Of a DNA stretch of 64,000 bases, positions 27,914-36,891 are shown piece by piece (position 1 is the first letter of the stretch; every line of letters begins with the position of its first letter). The DNA is from Deltaproteobacteria bacterium (lineage in GTDB: Bacteria > Desulfobacterota > Desulfobaccia > Desulfobaccales > 0-14-0-80-60-11), in NCBI GenBank assembly GCA_003599195.1, contig QZIZ01000113.1:6705-70704 (forward strand), written 5' to 3'. The notes beneath the pieces are model-generated. The model saw only the letters and a list, made by a program, of their open reading frames with translations. It ran no database searches and was not told the origin of the DNA. The translations under genes and the position numbers were made by a program.

Positions 27914-28660
27914 TTAAGCCATCAACATGCCGCCGTTTACGTGCAGAACCTGGCCGGTCAGGTAAGCTGCGGCGTCCCCGGCCAGAAAGAGCACCGCCTG
28001 GGCCACCTCTTCCGGCGTGCCGAAGCGGTTTAAAGGAATCTGGGCCAGCATTTCGGCCCTAACTTTCTCCGGCAGGGCCGCGGTCATCTCGGTTTCGATG
28101 AATCCCGGGGCCACTGCGTTCACGGTGATATTGCGGGAAGCCAGCTCCCGGGCCACCGCTTTGGTCAGCCCGATGATACCGGCTTTGGATGCCACGTAAT
28201 TTGCCTGCCCTGCGTTGCCCATCACCCCCACTACGGAGGCGATATTGATGATGCGCCCGCCCCGCTGTTTGACCATAGGTTTGGCCGCGGCCCGGGTGCA
28301 ATTGAAAGCGCCTTTGAGATTGACCTCCAGGACCCGGTCCCAATCTTCTTCTTTCATGCGCATCACCAGGTTGTCCCGGGTGATGCCCGCGTTGTTCACT
28401 AAAAGATCCAGGCGGCCGCTTTCCTTAATGATGTGGTCGATGCCCGCCTGCACTGCGGCCGTGTCGGCCACGTTGAATTGGAGCAGCCGCGCGTCCGCGC
28501 CTTTGGCCGCCACCTCATTCCGGGTCGACTCGGCCTCCTCGCCGATGGCCACGTCATTGAGGTACAAGATCAAGCCCGGCCGGGCCAGGGCCAGGGCGAT
28601 GGCCCGGCCGATGCCCCGGGCCGCGCCGGTTACCAGAGCTACGCGTGAGTTTTCGGTCAT
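27914..28660 (-). CDS. fabG: 3-oxoacyl-ACP reductase
   Basis: TGAARGIGRAIA cofactor motif, catalytic YVASKAG (YxxxK), and SDR length of 248 aa. Sits adjacent to acpP. Confidence 0.92.
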   Translation of the reverse strand: MTENSRVALVTGAARGIGRAIALALARPGLILYLNDVAIGEEAESTRNEVAAKGADARLLQFNVADTAAVQAGIDHIIKESGRLDLLVNNAGITRDNLVMRMKEEDWDRVLEVNLKGAFNCTRAAAKPMVKQRGGRIINIASVVGVMGNAGQANYVASKAGIIGLTKAVARELASRNITVNAVAPGFIETEMTAALPEKVRAEMLAQIPLNRFGTPEEVAQAVLFLAGDAAAYLTGQVLHVNGGMLMA

Positions 28661-28789
28661 CGGATCGACTTGGGAATATACCTTGATTTTACCGCCGCGC
28701 CAAGAGGCTGGTTTAGTTCAGTCCTGACAAATTATCTAACTTTAATAAAACGAATCGCCGGAAATTGAAAGAGGTTTGTTACAATTTTT

Positions 28790-29986
28790 TCAAACGTTCC
28801 TGGACTTCTTGATCTCCTGGATCAAAGCGGGCACGATCTCCAGCACGTCCCCCACCAGGCCCACGTCCGCCACCTGGAAGATGGGCGCGGCCGGGTCCTT
28901 GTTAATGGCCACGATGAAATCCGAGGACTGCATGCCCACCAGGTGCTGGGCCGCGCCGCTGATGCCGCAGGCGATATAGAGCCTGGGCGAGACGGTCTTC
29001 CCGGTCTGCCCGATCTGCTGGGGGTAAGCGATCCAGCCCGCATCCACCGCGGCCCGGGTGGCGCCAACCGCGCCGCCGAGCAGGTCTGCCAGTTCCTCCA
29101 GAAGCTTAAAATTCTTGGCGTCTTTCAGTCCCCGTCCCCCGGCGACGATCACCTCGGCGCCGGCCAGCGGCACCCGTTCCTTGATTTCCGCCACTGTGGC
29201 CAGAAAGCGGCTGTGGGGCGCGGTCTCTCCGGGGTTGAATTCCACCCGGACCACCTGGCCGTCAGCGCTTGACCCCGAGGACAGGGGTTTAAAAGTCCCG
29301 GGCCGGGCGGTAGCCATCTGGGGGTAAGTCCGGGGCGTGATGATGGTGGCCATGATATTGCCGCCGAACGCGGGGCGGGTTTGTTGTAAGAGCCGTTTTT
29401 CCGGGTCGATGGCGAACGCGGTGCAGTCCGCAGTGAGGCCGGTCTTTAAATTCGCCGCCACCTGGGGGATGAAGGCCCGGCCCGCATAAGTTGCCCCGGC
29501 CAGGATGATCTCCGGCTGGAAGCGCCGGGCCAGCTCGGTTAAGGCCGCGGCGTAAGGCTCTTCCAGGAATTCGGCCAGAAGCGGATGCTCCGCCAGATAG
29601 ACTCGCTGCGCGCCCGCGGCCTGGAGTTCCGGGACCAGGTGCTCCACTTTATCGCCCAAGAGGACCGCGGCCACCGCTGCATCTATTTCTTTAGCCAGGC
29701 GGGTGGCCTCTCCCAGAAGTTCCCGGGTGACCGGGGCCAGGACCCCGTGGCGCTGCTCGGCAAAGACCCAGACGCCGCCTGGGGGGACGCCGGGCCGGGG
29801 GGACGGGTCTTCAGTCTCGGGTACTGAAAGGGCTTGGGCTTCGCAGACTTCCACGCACGCGCCGCACAGCGTGCAGCCCTCGCCGATGACCAGGGTTTCG
29901 CCTTTGAGCGACAGCACCCCGAAGGGGCAGGAATCGACGCACGCGCCGCAGGCGGTGCATTTTTCGGCATCAAGAATGAGGCTCAT
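28790..29986 (-). CDS. etfA: Electron transfer flavoprotein alpha subunit with N-terminal 2x[4Fe-4S] ferredoxin domain
   Basis: Start at ATG 29986 ([21 protein letters not shown]...[11 protein letters not shown]). The C-terminal FAD domain contains [16 protein letters not shown]. The track extension to 30076 is repeat-derived. Confidence 0.9.
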   Translation of the reverse strand: MSLILDAEKCTACGACVDSCPFGVLSLKGETLVIGEGCTLCGACVEVCEAQALSVPETEDPSPRPGVPPGGVWVFAEQRHGVLAPVTRELLGEATRLAKEIDAAVAAVLLGDKVEHLVPELQAAGAQRVYLAEHPLLAEFLEEPYAAALTELARRFQPEIILAGATYAGRAFIPQVAANLKTGLTADCTAFAIDPEKRLLQQTRPAFGGNIMATIITPRTYPQMATARPGTFKPLSSGSSADGQVVRVEFNPGETAPHSRFLATVAEIKERVPLAGAEVIVAGGRGLKDAKNFKLLEELADLLGGAVGATRAAVDAGWIAYPQQIGQTGKTVSPRLYIACGISGAAQHLVGMQSSDFIVAINKDPAAPIFQVADVGLVGDVLEIVPALIQEIKKSRNV

Positions 29987-30004
29987 TTTCCATTTTCCGC
30001 GAAA

Positions 30005-30155
30005 CTCTGCGTCCTCTGCGTCTGCGGTTGAATCGGGTTGCGGGTTGCGGGTTGCGAGTTGCGAGGTAAAAACCACATCTTTCTATAACCCGTACCCCGC
30101 AACTCGTAACTCGTAACTTAATTCACCGCAGAGACACAGAGAGCGCAGAGAAAAA
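30005..30155. repeat. Composite repeat: CTCTGCG segment, heptamer palindrome (GGGTTGC arms 30034-30066 / 30088-30120), CGCAGAG arm 30125-30155
   Basis: Heptamer arms are cgggttgcgggttgcgggttgcgagttgcgagg ... cccgtaccccgcaactcgtaactcgtaac. They are followed by tcaccgcagagacacagagagcgcagag. Confidence 0.9.
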
Positions 30156-30159
30156 ATTG

Positions 30160-30900
30160 CTATCTTCCTTCCACCCTCAGCCAGTCCGTGCGTTTCTTGA
30201 GGTAGCGCACGCCCAGGTATATGATGAGGCTGCCGCCGAACAGCACGGCCCAACGCCAGCCGATCCATAAGCCGCCCCGGCTTAAGAACTCCCCGGCGAT
30301 TTTCAGCGCAGTAAAGACTGCGATCATGGCGAAAAAGCCGCCGTATTCCTTCCTGACCGCGGTTTTTAAGGAAAACGGCAGGTTCGGCCTGACCCAATTG
30401 CCGAATTTGGGGATCAAGGCCGGGGTTTTGCCGGCCCACTGGACAAAAGCCTCGCCGAATTTCTCCCTTAAGAACTCCTCTTCCGCGAACATGATCCTTT
30501 CGTAATAAAGCCAAAGGATCAGGACGATGATCAGGCTGAGCCACCAAAGCCCCCAAAACAGGGCGATTCCCAGCCACATGAGAAAATTCCCTAGATATAG
30601 GGGATGCCGCACCAGGGAATAGACCCCGGTGGTGTTTAAAACGTCCGCCACCTGCCCCTTGACGTTTCTGCCTGAAGTGCCCGCGGGCACGTAGCCGCCG
30701 GTGAAAAAGCGGATGCCCAGCCCGGCAAAGGAAACGGCCAGGCAGAAAATCTCCCAGGACCCGCCCGGCAGGCCGCGGCCGTGGGGATGGCGCAAACCGG
30801 CCAGGGCGAAAAGAAACAGGGCGATCAATAATAAGGGGAGGTAGCTCCGCCAGCGGAACAGCCACTCCCCGGTTTGTCTGAGTTCTTCCCTGAGGGCCAT
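30160..30900 (-). CDS. ICMT/PEMT-family membrane methyltransferase-like protein
   Basis: 246 aa, multi-TM. Contains the VRHPLYLGNF and EEEFLREKFGEAF motifs typical of the isoprenylcysteine carboxyl / phospholipid methyltransferase family. Confidence 0.75.
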   Translation of the reverse strand: MALREELRQTGEWLFRWRSYLPLLLIALFLFALAGLRHPHGRGLPGGSWEIFCLAVSFAGLGIRFFTGGYVPAGTSGRNVKGQVADVLNTTGVYSLVRHPLYLGNFLMWLGIALFWGLWWLSLIIVLILWLYYERIMFAEEEFLREKFGEAFVQWAGKTPALIPKFGNWVRPNLPFSLKTAVRKEYGGFFAMIAVFTALKIAGEFLSRGGLWIGWRWAVLFGGSLIIYLGVRYLKKRTDWLRVEGR

Positions 30901-30906
30901 TAAAGA

Positions 30907-31070
30907 CCGTTTTCTGTTTTCTGTTTTCTGTTTTCCCGTTATTTCTCTGCGCCCTCTGCGTCTCTGCGGTGAATAATTTTTTTTACCGCAGAGACGCAGA
31001 GAGCGCAGAGAGAAAAATAAATACCTGCATAATTCTTGCGTCTTTGCGTCTTGGCGTCTTTGCGTGAGGT
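30907..31070. repeat. Composite repeat: TTTTCTG heptamers, complete CGCAGAG palindrome (30945-31012), CGCAAAG-type array
   Basis: Heptamers: ccgttttctgttttctgttttctgttttcc. Palindrome: ctctgcgccctctgcgtctctgcggtg-aataattttttt-taccgcagagacgcagagagcgcagag. CGCAAAG array: cttgcgtctttgcgtcttggcgtctttgcgtgagg. Confidence 0.9.
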
Positions 31071-31080
31071 TAAATCTTGC

Positions 31081-31860
31081 TTATGTCATCTCCTGCAAGC
31101 GCTGCCAGAGGCGCGCGGCCAGGTCCTGGGGGCTGCCTTCCCAGGTCTCCGAGGTGCCCCGGGCCGGGGGCGGGAAGACTTTTACCACCTGGGTGAAGGA
31201 ACCGGCCAGGCCCACTTCTGCGGCGTTCAGGCCCAGGTCCGCCAGGCCCCAGACCGGGATCGGCTCTTTCTTGGCTTTCAGTTTGGCCTTGAAAGAGGGC
31301 AGCCGGGGTTCGTTGATCTCCTTAGTCACCGAGATCAGAGCCGGTAGGTCCACCTCCACCGCGTCGTAGCCATGGTCCAGGAGGCGTTCCACTTCCGCCT
31401 TACCCGCGGTATTGAAACTGACTTTTCGGGCCCAGGACGCCAGGGAAATGTTCATGATGCTGGCCATCATGGGTCCCACCTGCGCGGTGTCGCCGTCAAT
31501 GGCCTGCTTGCCGGTGAAGATCAGGTCCGCGCCCCCCAGTTTCTCGACGGCCTTGGCCAACGTCAAGGCCGTGGCCCAGGTGTCCGCGCCCGCAAAGGCC
31601 CTATCCGACAGGAGCACCGCGGCGTCCGCGCCTAGCCCCAAGGCCTCCCGCAGGGCCTCTTCCGCCTGGGGCGGGCCCATGGTGAGGACCGTGACCGTGC
31701 CGCCTTGGGATTCCTTGACCCGCAACCCCTCTTCCAAGGCATAGAGGTCGAAGGGATTAATAATGGACTTAATCCCCTCCCGCTTCAGGGTATGGGTCAC
31801 CGGGTCCAGGCGCACGTCCTGGGTTTCGGGCACTTGCTTGATGCAGACGACGATTTTCAT
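31081..31860 (-). CDS. etfB: Electron transfer flavoprotein beta subunit
   Basis: MKIVVCIKQVPETQDVRLDP... 259 aa, a typical EtfB N-terminus and length. Confidence 0.93.
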   Translation of the reverse strand: MKIVVCIKQVPETQDVRLDPVTHTLKREGIKSIINPFDLYALEEGLRVKESQGGTVTVLTMGPPQAEEALREALGLGADAAVLLSDRAFAGADTWATALTLAKAVEKLGGADLIFTGKQAIDGDTAQVGPMMASIMNISLASWARKVSFNTAGKAEVERLLDHGYDAVEVDLPALISVTKEINEPRLPSFKAKLKAKKEPIPVWGLADLGLNAAEVGLAGSFTQVVKVFPPPARGTSETWEGSPQDLAARLWQRLQEMT

Positions 31861-31917
31861 AGTGGTCAGTGGTCAGTGGCCAGAAAGTGATCAGTAATCA
31901 GTGATCAGTGATCAGTG
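31861..31917. repeat. Heptamer arrays (GGTCAGT x2, GGCCAG, then GTGATCA/GTAATCA x4); left arm of a gene-spanning inverted repeat
   Basis: Sequence agtggtcagtggtcagtggccagaaagtgatcagtaatcagtgatcagtgatcagtg. The inverted partner is at 32655-32714. Confidence 0.95.
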
Positions 31918-32571
31918 AAAATCCTGTGGTGGTAAATTTAGTTTCACATCCGGAAAAATTTTCGACATTCGACCCGAAAGTACAACCATATAACATTGGC
32001 ATTCCATGGCAATAGCGCTGCACAGTTCAGGATTATTCAATATCTTCCCGCTTGCATATCCAAGTTCGCCGTCTGGCAGAGCAACAAGATTTTGATAACA
32101 ACTTATTGGATCTCCATGCACCATGGAATTATGGGAGTTGACAATATTCTGGGCTTCATTGTCTGGCACTCCACCTGCCATACTTGCCATCATGGTAGCA
32201 AGCTTTGGCCTTTTATGATAATGCCAACCTTTCTCCCAAAGGGAGACGAATTCAGGGTGGTTATCGAGATATGAAATCGTCGCTGCTCTCTCAATCAGTG
32301 GACGCATTAGAATGAGGGCTGAAAACAAATACCCCTGCCTAATCAACTCCCGAATGCTGAGGGCAATACTTATACCCTGTGGAATGATTTGGCATGCTGC
32401 CCGCTGTAATGGAGAAAGAGAACTGGATTTCTCACGTGTCCATGACGCAACCTTTTGGTTTGACTCCAGAGACCAACAAATAATTCGGTCAAACCATAGG
32501 ACTGATTCAAGCCCAAGATATGGCTCGTTGCCAGGGGTGAAGACCGGGGTTGTTTCCTTACGCCGTATCAT
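31912..32571 (-). CDS. Hypothetical protein (219 aa), helical, lower GC than neighbours
   Basis: The only long ORF in the interval. A hand-counted line gives about 45% GC. No family confidently recognised. The segment IRELIRQGYLFSALILMRPLIERA reminds me of small helical DUF families. Confidence 0.65.
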   Translation of the reverse strand: MIRRKETTPVFTPGNEPYLGLESVLWFDRIICWSLESNQKVASWTREKSSSLSPLQRAACQIIPQGISIALSIRELIRQGYLFSALILMRPLIERAATISYLDNHPEFVSLWEKGWHYHKRPKLATMMASMAGGVPDNEAQNIVNSHNSMVHGDPISCYQNLVALPDGELGYASGKILNNPELCSAIAMECQCYMVVLSGRMSKIFPDVKLNLPPQDFH

Positions 32572-32654
32572 CCATTATCCCCGTTCTCAAGCTTAGCTTA
32601 GGAATGAGCCTTGGAGCCGAGTGCGGAGAAGGTGAGCAGTCCCACCCTTGGCCT

Positions 32655-32714
32655 TACTGATCACTGATCACTGATCACTGATTACTGATTACTGATTACT
32701 GGCCACTGACCACT
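32655..32714. repeat. Heptamer arrays (CTGATCA x3, CTGATTA x3, CTGGCCA CTGACCA); right arm of the gene-spanning inverted repeat
   Basis: Sequence ctgatcactgatcactgatcactgattactgattactgattactggccactgaccact, which is the reverse-complement organisation of 31861-31917. Confidence 0.95.
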
Positions 32715-32726
32715 TTCCCCCCCAAG

Positions 32727-33884
32727 CTATTTCTTCTTCGAATACTCTTTATTAAGCGCCAACCCGATAACATTCCGCATAATCTGGTTGGTGCCTTCGA
32801 AAATCTGCAGGATCTTGGCGTCCCGCATCATCTTTTCCACGGGGTATTCCCGCATGTAGCCGTGGCCGCCCATGACCTGGACCGCGTCCACGGTGACTTC
32901 CATGGCCATGTCCGTGGCGAAGACCTTGGCCATGGCCGAGGCCTTGGAAAAGTCCTTGGGCTTGGTGTCGATGAAGCGGGCTACCGAGTAAACCAAAGCC
33001 CGGGCCGCCTCCAGCTTGGTGGCCATGTTGGCCAGCAGGTGCTGCACCGCCTGGAAGGAAAAGATGGGCGTGCCGAACTGCTGGCGTTCCTTGGCAAAGG
33101 CCGCGGCTTCGTCCAACGCGGCCTGGGCCAGGCCCACGGCCGAGGCGCCCACGCCGGGCCGGGCCATATCCAGGGTCTTCATGGTAATGATGAACCCCAT
33201 GCCTTCTTTGCTCAGGAGCCGGTCCTTGGGGATGCGGCAGTCTTCCAGAATCACCTCCCGGGTGACGGAGGCCCGGATGCCCATTTTCTGCTCTTTCTTG
33301 CCGAAGGATATTCCGGGGTCGCCCTTTTCCACCAGCAAGGCGCTGGCCCCCCGGGCCCCCTTGGCGGGGTCGGTGAGGGCGATGACCGTGTAAATCTCCG
33401 CTTCGCCTGCGTTGGTGATCCACTGCTTGGTGCCGTTCAGGACGTATGAGTCGCCGTCCTTGACGGCCGTGGTGAGGATGGCCCCGGCGTCGGAGCCCGC
33501 CTGGGGTTCGGTGAGACAGAACGCGGCCAGGGCCTCGCCTTTGGCCAGGCGCGGCAGATAGCGGCTTTTTTGTGCATCCGTGCCGTAATACAGCAGGGGA
33601 TAGGACCCCAGGAGACTGGCGCCGAAAGTGGTGGCCACCCCCACGCAACCGGTGGCCAGGGCCTCCCCCACCAGGCAGTTTTCCATGGCGCCCAGTCCCA
33701 GGCCGCCGTATTCCTCGGGGATGATCACTCCGCAGAGGTCGGCCTGGGCCAGGTCCTTGATGATCTCCGTGGGGAAGATCTCTTCTTCGTCGAGCTGGGC
33801 CCGGATGGGTTTGATGCGCTCCTCCGTGATCTGGCGGGCCAGATCCTGGAGCATGGTTTGCTCTTCGGTGAGCAGGTAGTCCAC
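32727..33884 (-). CDS. Acyl-CoA dehydrogenase (butyryl-CoA dehydrogenase-like)
   Basis: 385 aa. Contains LTEPQAGSDAG and the C-terminal YPVEKMMRDAKILQIFEGTNQI. Lies adjacent to etfBA. Confidence 0.92.
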   Translation of the reverse strand: MDYLLTEEQTMLQDLARQITEERIKPIRAQLDEEEIFPTEIIKDLAQADLCGVIIPEEYGGLGLGAMENCLVGEALATGCVGVATTFGASLLGSYPLLYYGTDAQKSRYLPRLAKGEALAAFCLTEPQAGSDAGAILTTAVKDGDSYVLNGTKQWITNAGEAEIYTVIALTDPAKGARGASALLVEKGDPGISFGKKEQKMGIRASVTREVILEDCRIPKDRLLSKEGMGFIITMKTLDMARPGVGASAVGLAQAALDEAAAFAKERQQFGTPIFSFQAVQHLLANMATKLEAARALVYSVARFIDTKPKDFSKASAMAKVFATDMAMEVTVDAVQVMGGHGYMREYPVEKMMRDAKILQIFEGTNQIMRNVIGLALNKEYSKKK

Positions 33885-33890
33885 GGGGGC

Positions 33891-34073
33891 TTACTCCGCG
33901 GCCTGGGGCAGCACCAAACGGCCCTTATAAAAACCGCAATGGGGGCAGGCGTGGTGCGGCAGACGCGGTTCGTTGCACTTGGGGCAGTTGGAGAGCTGCG
34001 GAAGGGTAAGGTGATCATGGGAACGCCGCATCTTCTTCTTGGAAATGGAGGTTCTTCTTTTCGGTAAAGGCAT
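33891..34073 (-). CDS. rpmF: 50S ribosomal protein L32
   Basis: Start at ATG 34073: MPLPKRRTSISKKKMRRSHDHL...CPKCNEPRLPHHACPHCG. The track extension (MKLRALCVSVVK) is repeat-derived. Confidence 0.93.
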   Translation of the reverse strand: MPLPKRRTSISKKKMRRSHDHLTLPQLSNCPKCNEPRLPHHACPHCGFYKGRLVLPQAAE

Positions 34074-34101
34074 GGTCCGGCTCCTATGGAAAAACATTTT
34101 T

Positions 34102-34217
34102 ACCACAGAGACACAGAGAGCACGGAGTTTCACAGAGAATTGTTTTATTTAGGCGGGGAACCCGCCTAAATAAAATATTTTTCCTCTGTGAATCTTCGTG
34201 TCCTCTGTGCCTCTGTG
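34102..34217. repeat. Nested palindromic element, CACAGAG family (near-identical to 25113-25232)
   Basis: Sequence ccacagagacacagagagcacggagtttcacagag...aggcggggaacccgcct...ctctgtgaatcttcgtgtcctctgtgcctctgtgg. Confidence 0.95.
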
Positions 34218-34218
34218 G

Positions 34219-34719
34219 TTAATCTTTTTTACAACTGCACTCTTCCCGGTTGAGCACCGCGCCGCAGTCGGGGCAGATGCCCTGGCAGTCCTCGGCGCAC
34301 AGGGGTTTCAGCGGCACCATGAGGATGACCTGTTCCCGGATCACGGCTTCCAGGTCCAGGGTCTCCCCGGTATAATAATCCAGGTCCAAATCCGGCGCGG
34401 AGAGTTCCTCCTCGCCGCCCCCGGGTCCCGGGCCGGGCACCAGGAGCAGGTCGAAGTCCGCGTCCGCCGGTGCGTCGTAACTTTCGACACAGCGGCTGCA
34501 AACCAATTGCATATGCCCCTTAAGATGCCCCCGGACCAGGACGTCCCGGCCGTGCTTCTCCAGACGCAGCGTCCCGTTGATCCGGGCGCCGGTGAACTCC
34601 AGTCCGGGGTCCTCTTCCCGCCACCGGGAAAAATAATTTTCCCCCAGGTCCACGTCCACTTCCAGCCCTTCAGGGGCGATGGAGGTGAGGGGGACGCGCA
34701 GGGATTTCTTCTTTAACAT
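34219..34719 (-). CDS. yceD: DUF177 / YceD-type large-subunit rRNA accumulation protein
   Basis: 166 aa. Contains CSRCVESYDAP and the C-terminal CAEDCQGICPDCG. Shows the conserved position upstream of rpmF. Confidence 0.85.
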   Translation of the reverse strand: MLKKKSLRVPLTSIAPEGLEVDVDLGENYFSRWREEDPGLEFTGARINGTLRLEKHGRDVLVRGHLKGHMQLVCSRCVESYDAPADADFDLLLVPGPGPGGGEEELSAPDLDLDYYTGETLDLEAVIREQVILMVPLKPLCAEDCQGICPDCGAVLNREECSCKKD

Positions 34720-34819
34720 TATTTACTTTCACATCCGCCCAAATAATTCCTTGGGCCGGAGCTATAAAAAATTTATTATAAAGAACTATGCCCAAGTGTC
34801 AAGGTGGGAAGATCTCGAG

Positions 34820-36751
34820 ATGTCCTTAAAAATCGCGCTCATCGGCCAGCCCAATTGCGGCAAGAGCACCATCTTCAATTATTTCAGCGGCTATAAAGCC
34901 ATGGTCTCCAACTTCCCCGGCACCACGGTAAAATACACCGTCAGCCAGGTGGTTTTCCAGGGGGAGGAGATCACCTGCGTGGACCTGCCCGGCGTCTATT
35001 CCCTGACCTCCACCGATCCTGCGGAACTGGAGTCCCGGAATTATCTTCTGGCCGGGGAAGCGGACGTAATCTTGAACGTCATCGACGCCTCCACCCTGGG
35101 GCGCAGCCTGGAACTCACCCTGGAGCTGATGAGCCTGGAGCGGCCCATGGTGCTGGCCCTGAACATGATGGACGAAGCGGACCGCAAAGGCATCCGCATC
35201 GACATGGACCACCTCTCCAAGATGCTGGGCGTGCCGGTGGTCCCGACGGTGGCCGCGACCGGCCGGGGGCTCACGGAACTGCTGGAGACCGCGGTCCAGG
35301 CCGGCCACGTCGGAGTGCGGCCCGTGGAGATCAGGTTCAGCCGGGACATCGAGGAAGAGGTGGCGGAATTGAGCGACCGCCTGGACCGGGAATATGCCCG
35401 GGAAATGGGCCTGCCCTGGCGGTTTTTTCTGGTGAAACTCCTGGAAGACGATCCCCATCTCTTGGAGGAAGTGGGCCGCCGGCATGCGGACTGCCTGCCC
35501 ATTATCCGCAACCACCAGATCATCCTGGCGGAGTCCCACGGCCGTTCTCCGGAAATCGTCATTTCTTCGGAGCGCCATGCGCTCACCGTGAACATCTTCG
35601 AAGCCGTCGCCAAAGTCACCCCTTCCCAAAGACCCACCTGGCGGGAACGCCTGGACTGGATCACCACCCATAAGTTCTGGGGCTATATTTTTCTGTTGCT
35701 GGTGCTCAGCCTGTTTTTTCAAGGGGTTTTCCGGGTCGGCCAGACCACGGAGAGCTTTCTGGTGGGCTATCTGGAAGAGGCCCAGAAACTGGGAGCGGTG
35801 TGGCTGGGCAAAGATACCCTGGCCTATTACCTCCTGGTGGAAGGCGTCTTCATGGGCATCTTCGGGGGGGTGGCCATCGTCTTTCCCTACCTGGTGCCCT
35901 TCCTGGTGGGCCTGGCCTTGCTGGAGGACAGCGGCTACCTCCCCCGGGTGGCCTTCTTGATGGACAACCTCATGCACCTTCTGGGGCTGCACGGGAAATC
36001 CATCATTCCTTTCATCCTGGGTTTCGGCTGCAGCGTGCCCGCGGTGATCTCCACCCGCATCCTGGAGAGCCCCCGGGACCGGTTAGTGGTGTCGCTCCTG
36101 GCCGTCCTGATTCCCTGTTCGGCCCGGTCGGTGATCATCTTCGCGTTGGTGGCCTACGCGTTGGGGCCTTATTGGGCCCTGGGGGTTTACCTGTTTAACA
36201 TCCTGGTCATCGGCATCCTGGGGCGCATCTCCACCATCCTGCTGCCGGAGATCTCCCCGGGGCTCTTGATGGAGATTCCGGAGTACCGTAAACCCACCTG
36301 GCATAATGTCCTGCGCAAGTCCTGGTACAGCCTGAAGGATTTCATCGTGGTGGCCTGGCCCATTCTCATCGCCGGCAGCCTGGTGCTGAGCTTTCTGAAA
36401 TTTTACGGCTTTGACGGCCACGTCAATGATGTGCTGCGGCCCCTGACCGCGCTCCTGGGCCTGCCCCTGGAGGTGGGGACCACCCTGATTTTCGGCATCA
36501 TGCGCAAGGAGCTGTCCCTGATCATGCTGGGCGAGGCCCTGGGCACCACCAATATCACCGCGGTGCTCAGCCAGGCCCAGCTGCTCACCTTCACCGTTTT
36601 CGTGCTGTTTTACGTGCCCTGCGCCTCCACCATTGCCGCGCTCTCCCGGGAACTGGGCTGGAAACAGGCGGGCCTGGCGGTGGTCGTCTCGTTGGGACTG
36701 GCGCTGGTGTTGGGGGTGTTGACGAGGAGTTTTGGGGCGCTAGTTTTTTAA
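34820..36751 (+). CDS. feoB: Ferrous iron transporter FeoB
   Basis: Start at ATG 34820 (MSLKIALIGQPNCGKST). Has G-domain motifs DLPG and NMMD, followed by a polytopic membrane domain. No feoA is visible upstream. Confidence 0.92.
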   Translation: MSLKIALIGQPNCGKSTIFNYFSGYKAMVSNFPGTTVKYTVSQVVFQGEEITCVDLPGVYSLTSTDPAELESRNYLLAGEADVILNVIDASTLGRSLELTLELMSLERPMVLALNMMDEADRKGIRIDMDHLSKMLGVPVVPTVAATGRGLTELLETAVQAGHVGVRPVEIRFSRDIEEEVAELSDRLDREYAREMGLPWRFFLVKLLEDDPHLLEEVGRRHADCLPIIRNHQIILAESHGRSPEIVISSERHALTVNIFEAVAKVTPSQRPTWRERLDWITTHKFWGYIFLLLVLSLFFQGVFRVGQTTESFLVGYLEEAQKLGAVWLGKDTLAYYLLVEGVFMGIFGGVAIVFPYLVPFLVGLALLEDSGYLPRVAFLMDNLMHLLGLHGKSIIPFILGFGCSVPAVISTRILESPRDRLVVSLLAVLIPCSARSVIIFALVAYALGPYWALGVYLFNILVIGILGRISTILLPEISPGLLMEIPEYRKPTWHNVLRKSWYSLKDFIVVAWPILIAGSLVLSFLKFYGFDGHVNDVLRPLTALLGLPLEVGTTLIFGIMRKELSLIMLGEALGTTNITAVLSQAQLLTFTVFVLFYVPCASTIAALSRELGWKQAGLAVVVSLGLALVLGVLTRSFGALVF

Positions 36752-36873
36752 GTTCAAGGTTCAAAGTTCAAGGTTGGCAATGAGCTTCCCGAGAACTTTT
36801 GCGCCCGGGCATTATCATCAGATTTGCGTCGGCCCGTGCCTTGACTTTGAACCTTGAACCTTGAACCTTGAAC
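36751..36873. repeat. Palindrome with TTCAAGG-type heptamer arms
   Basis: Left arm is agttcaaggttcaaagttcaaggt. Right arm is ccttgactttgaaccttgaaccttgaaccttgaact. The loop is about 65 nt. Confidence 0.9.
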
Positions 36874-36891
36874 TATTAAGAAGGAATACTC

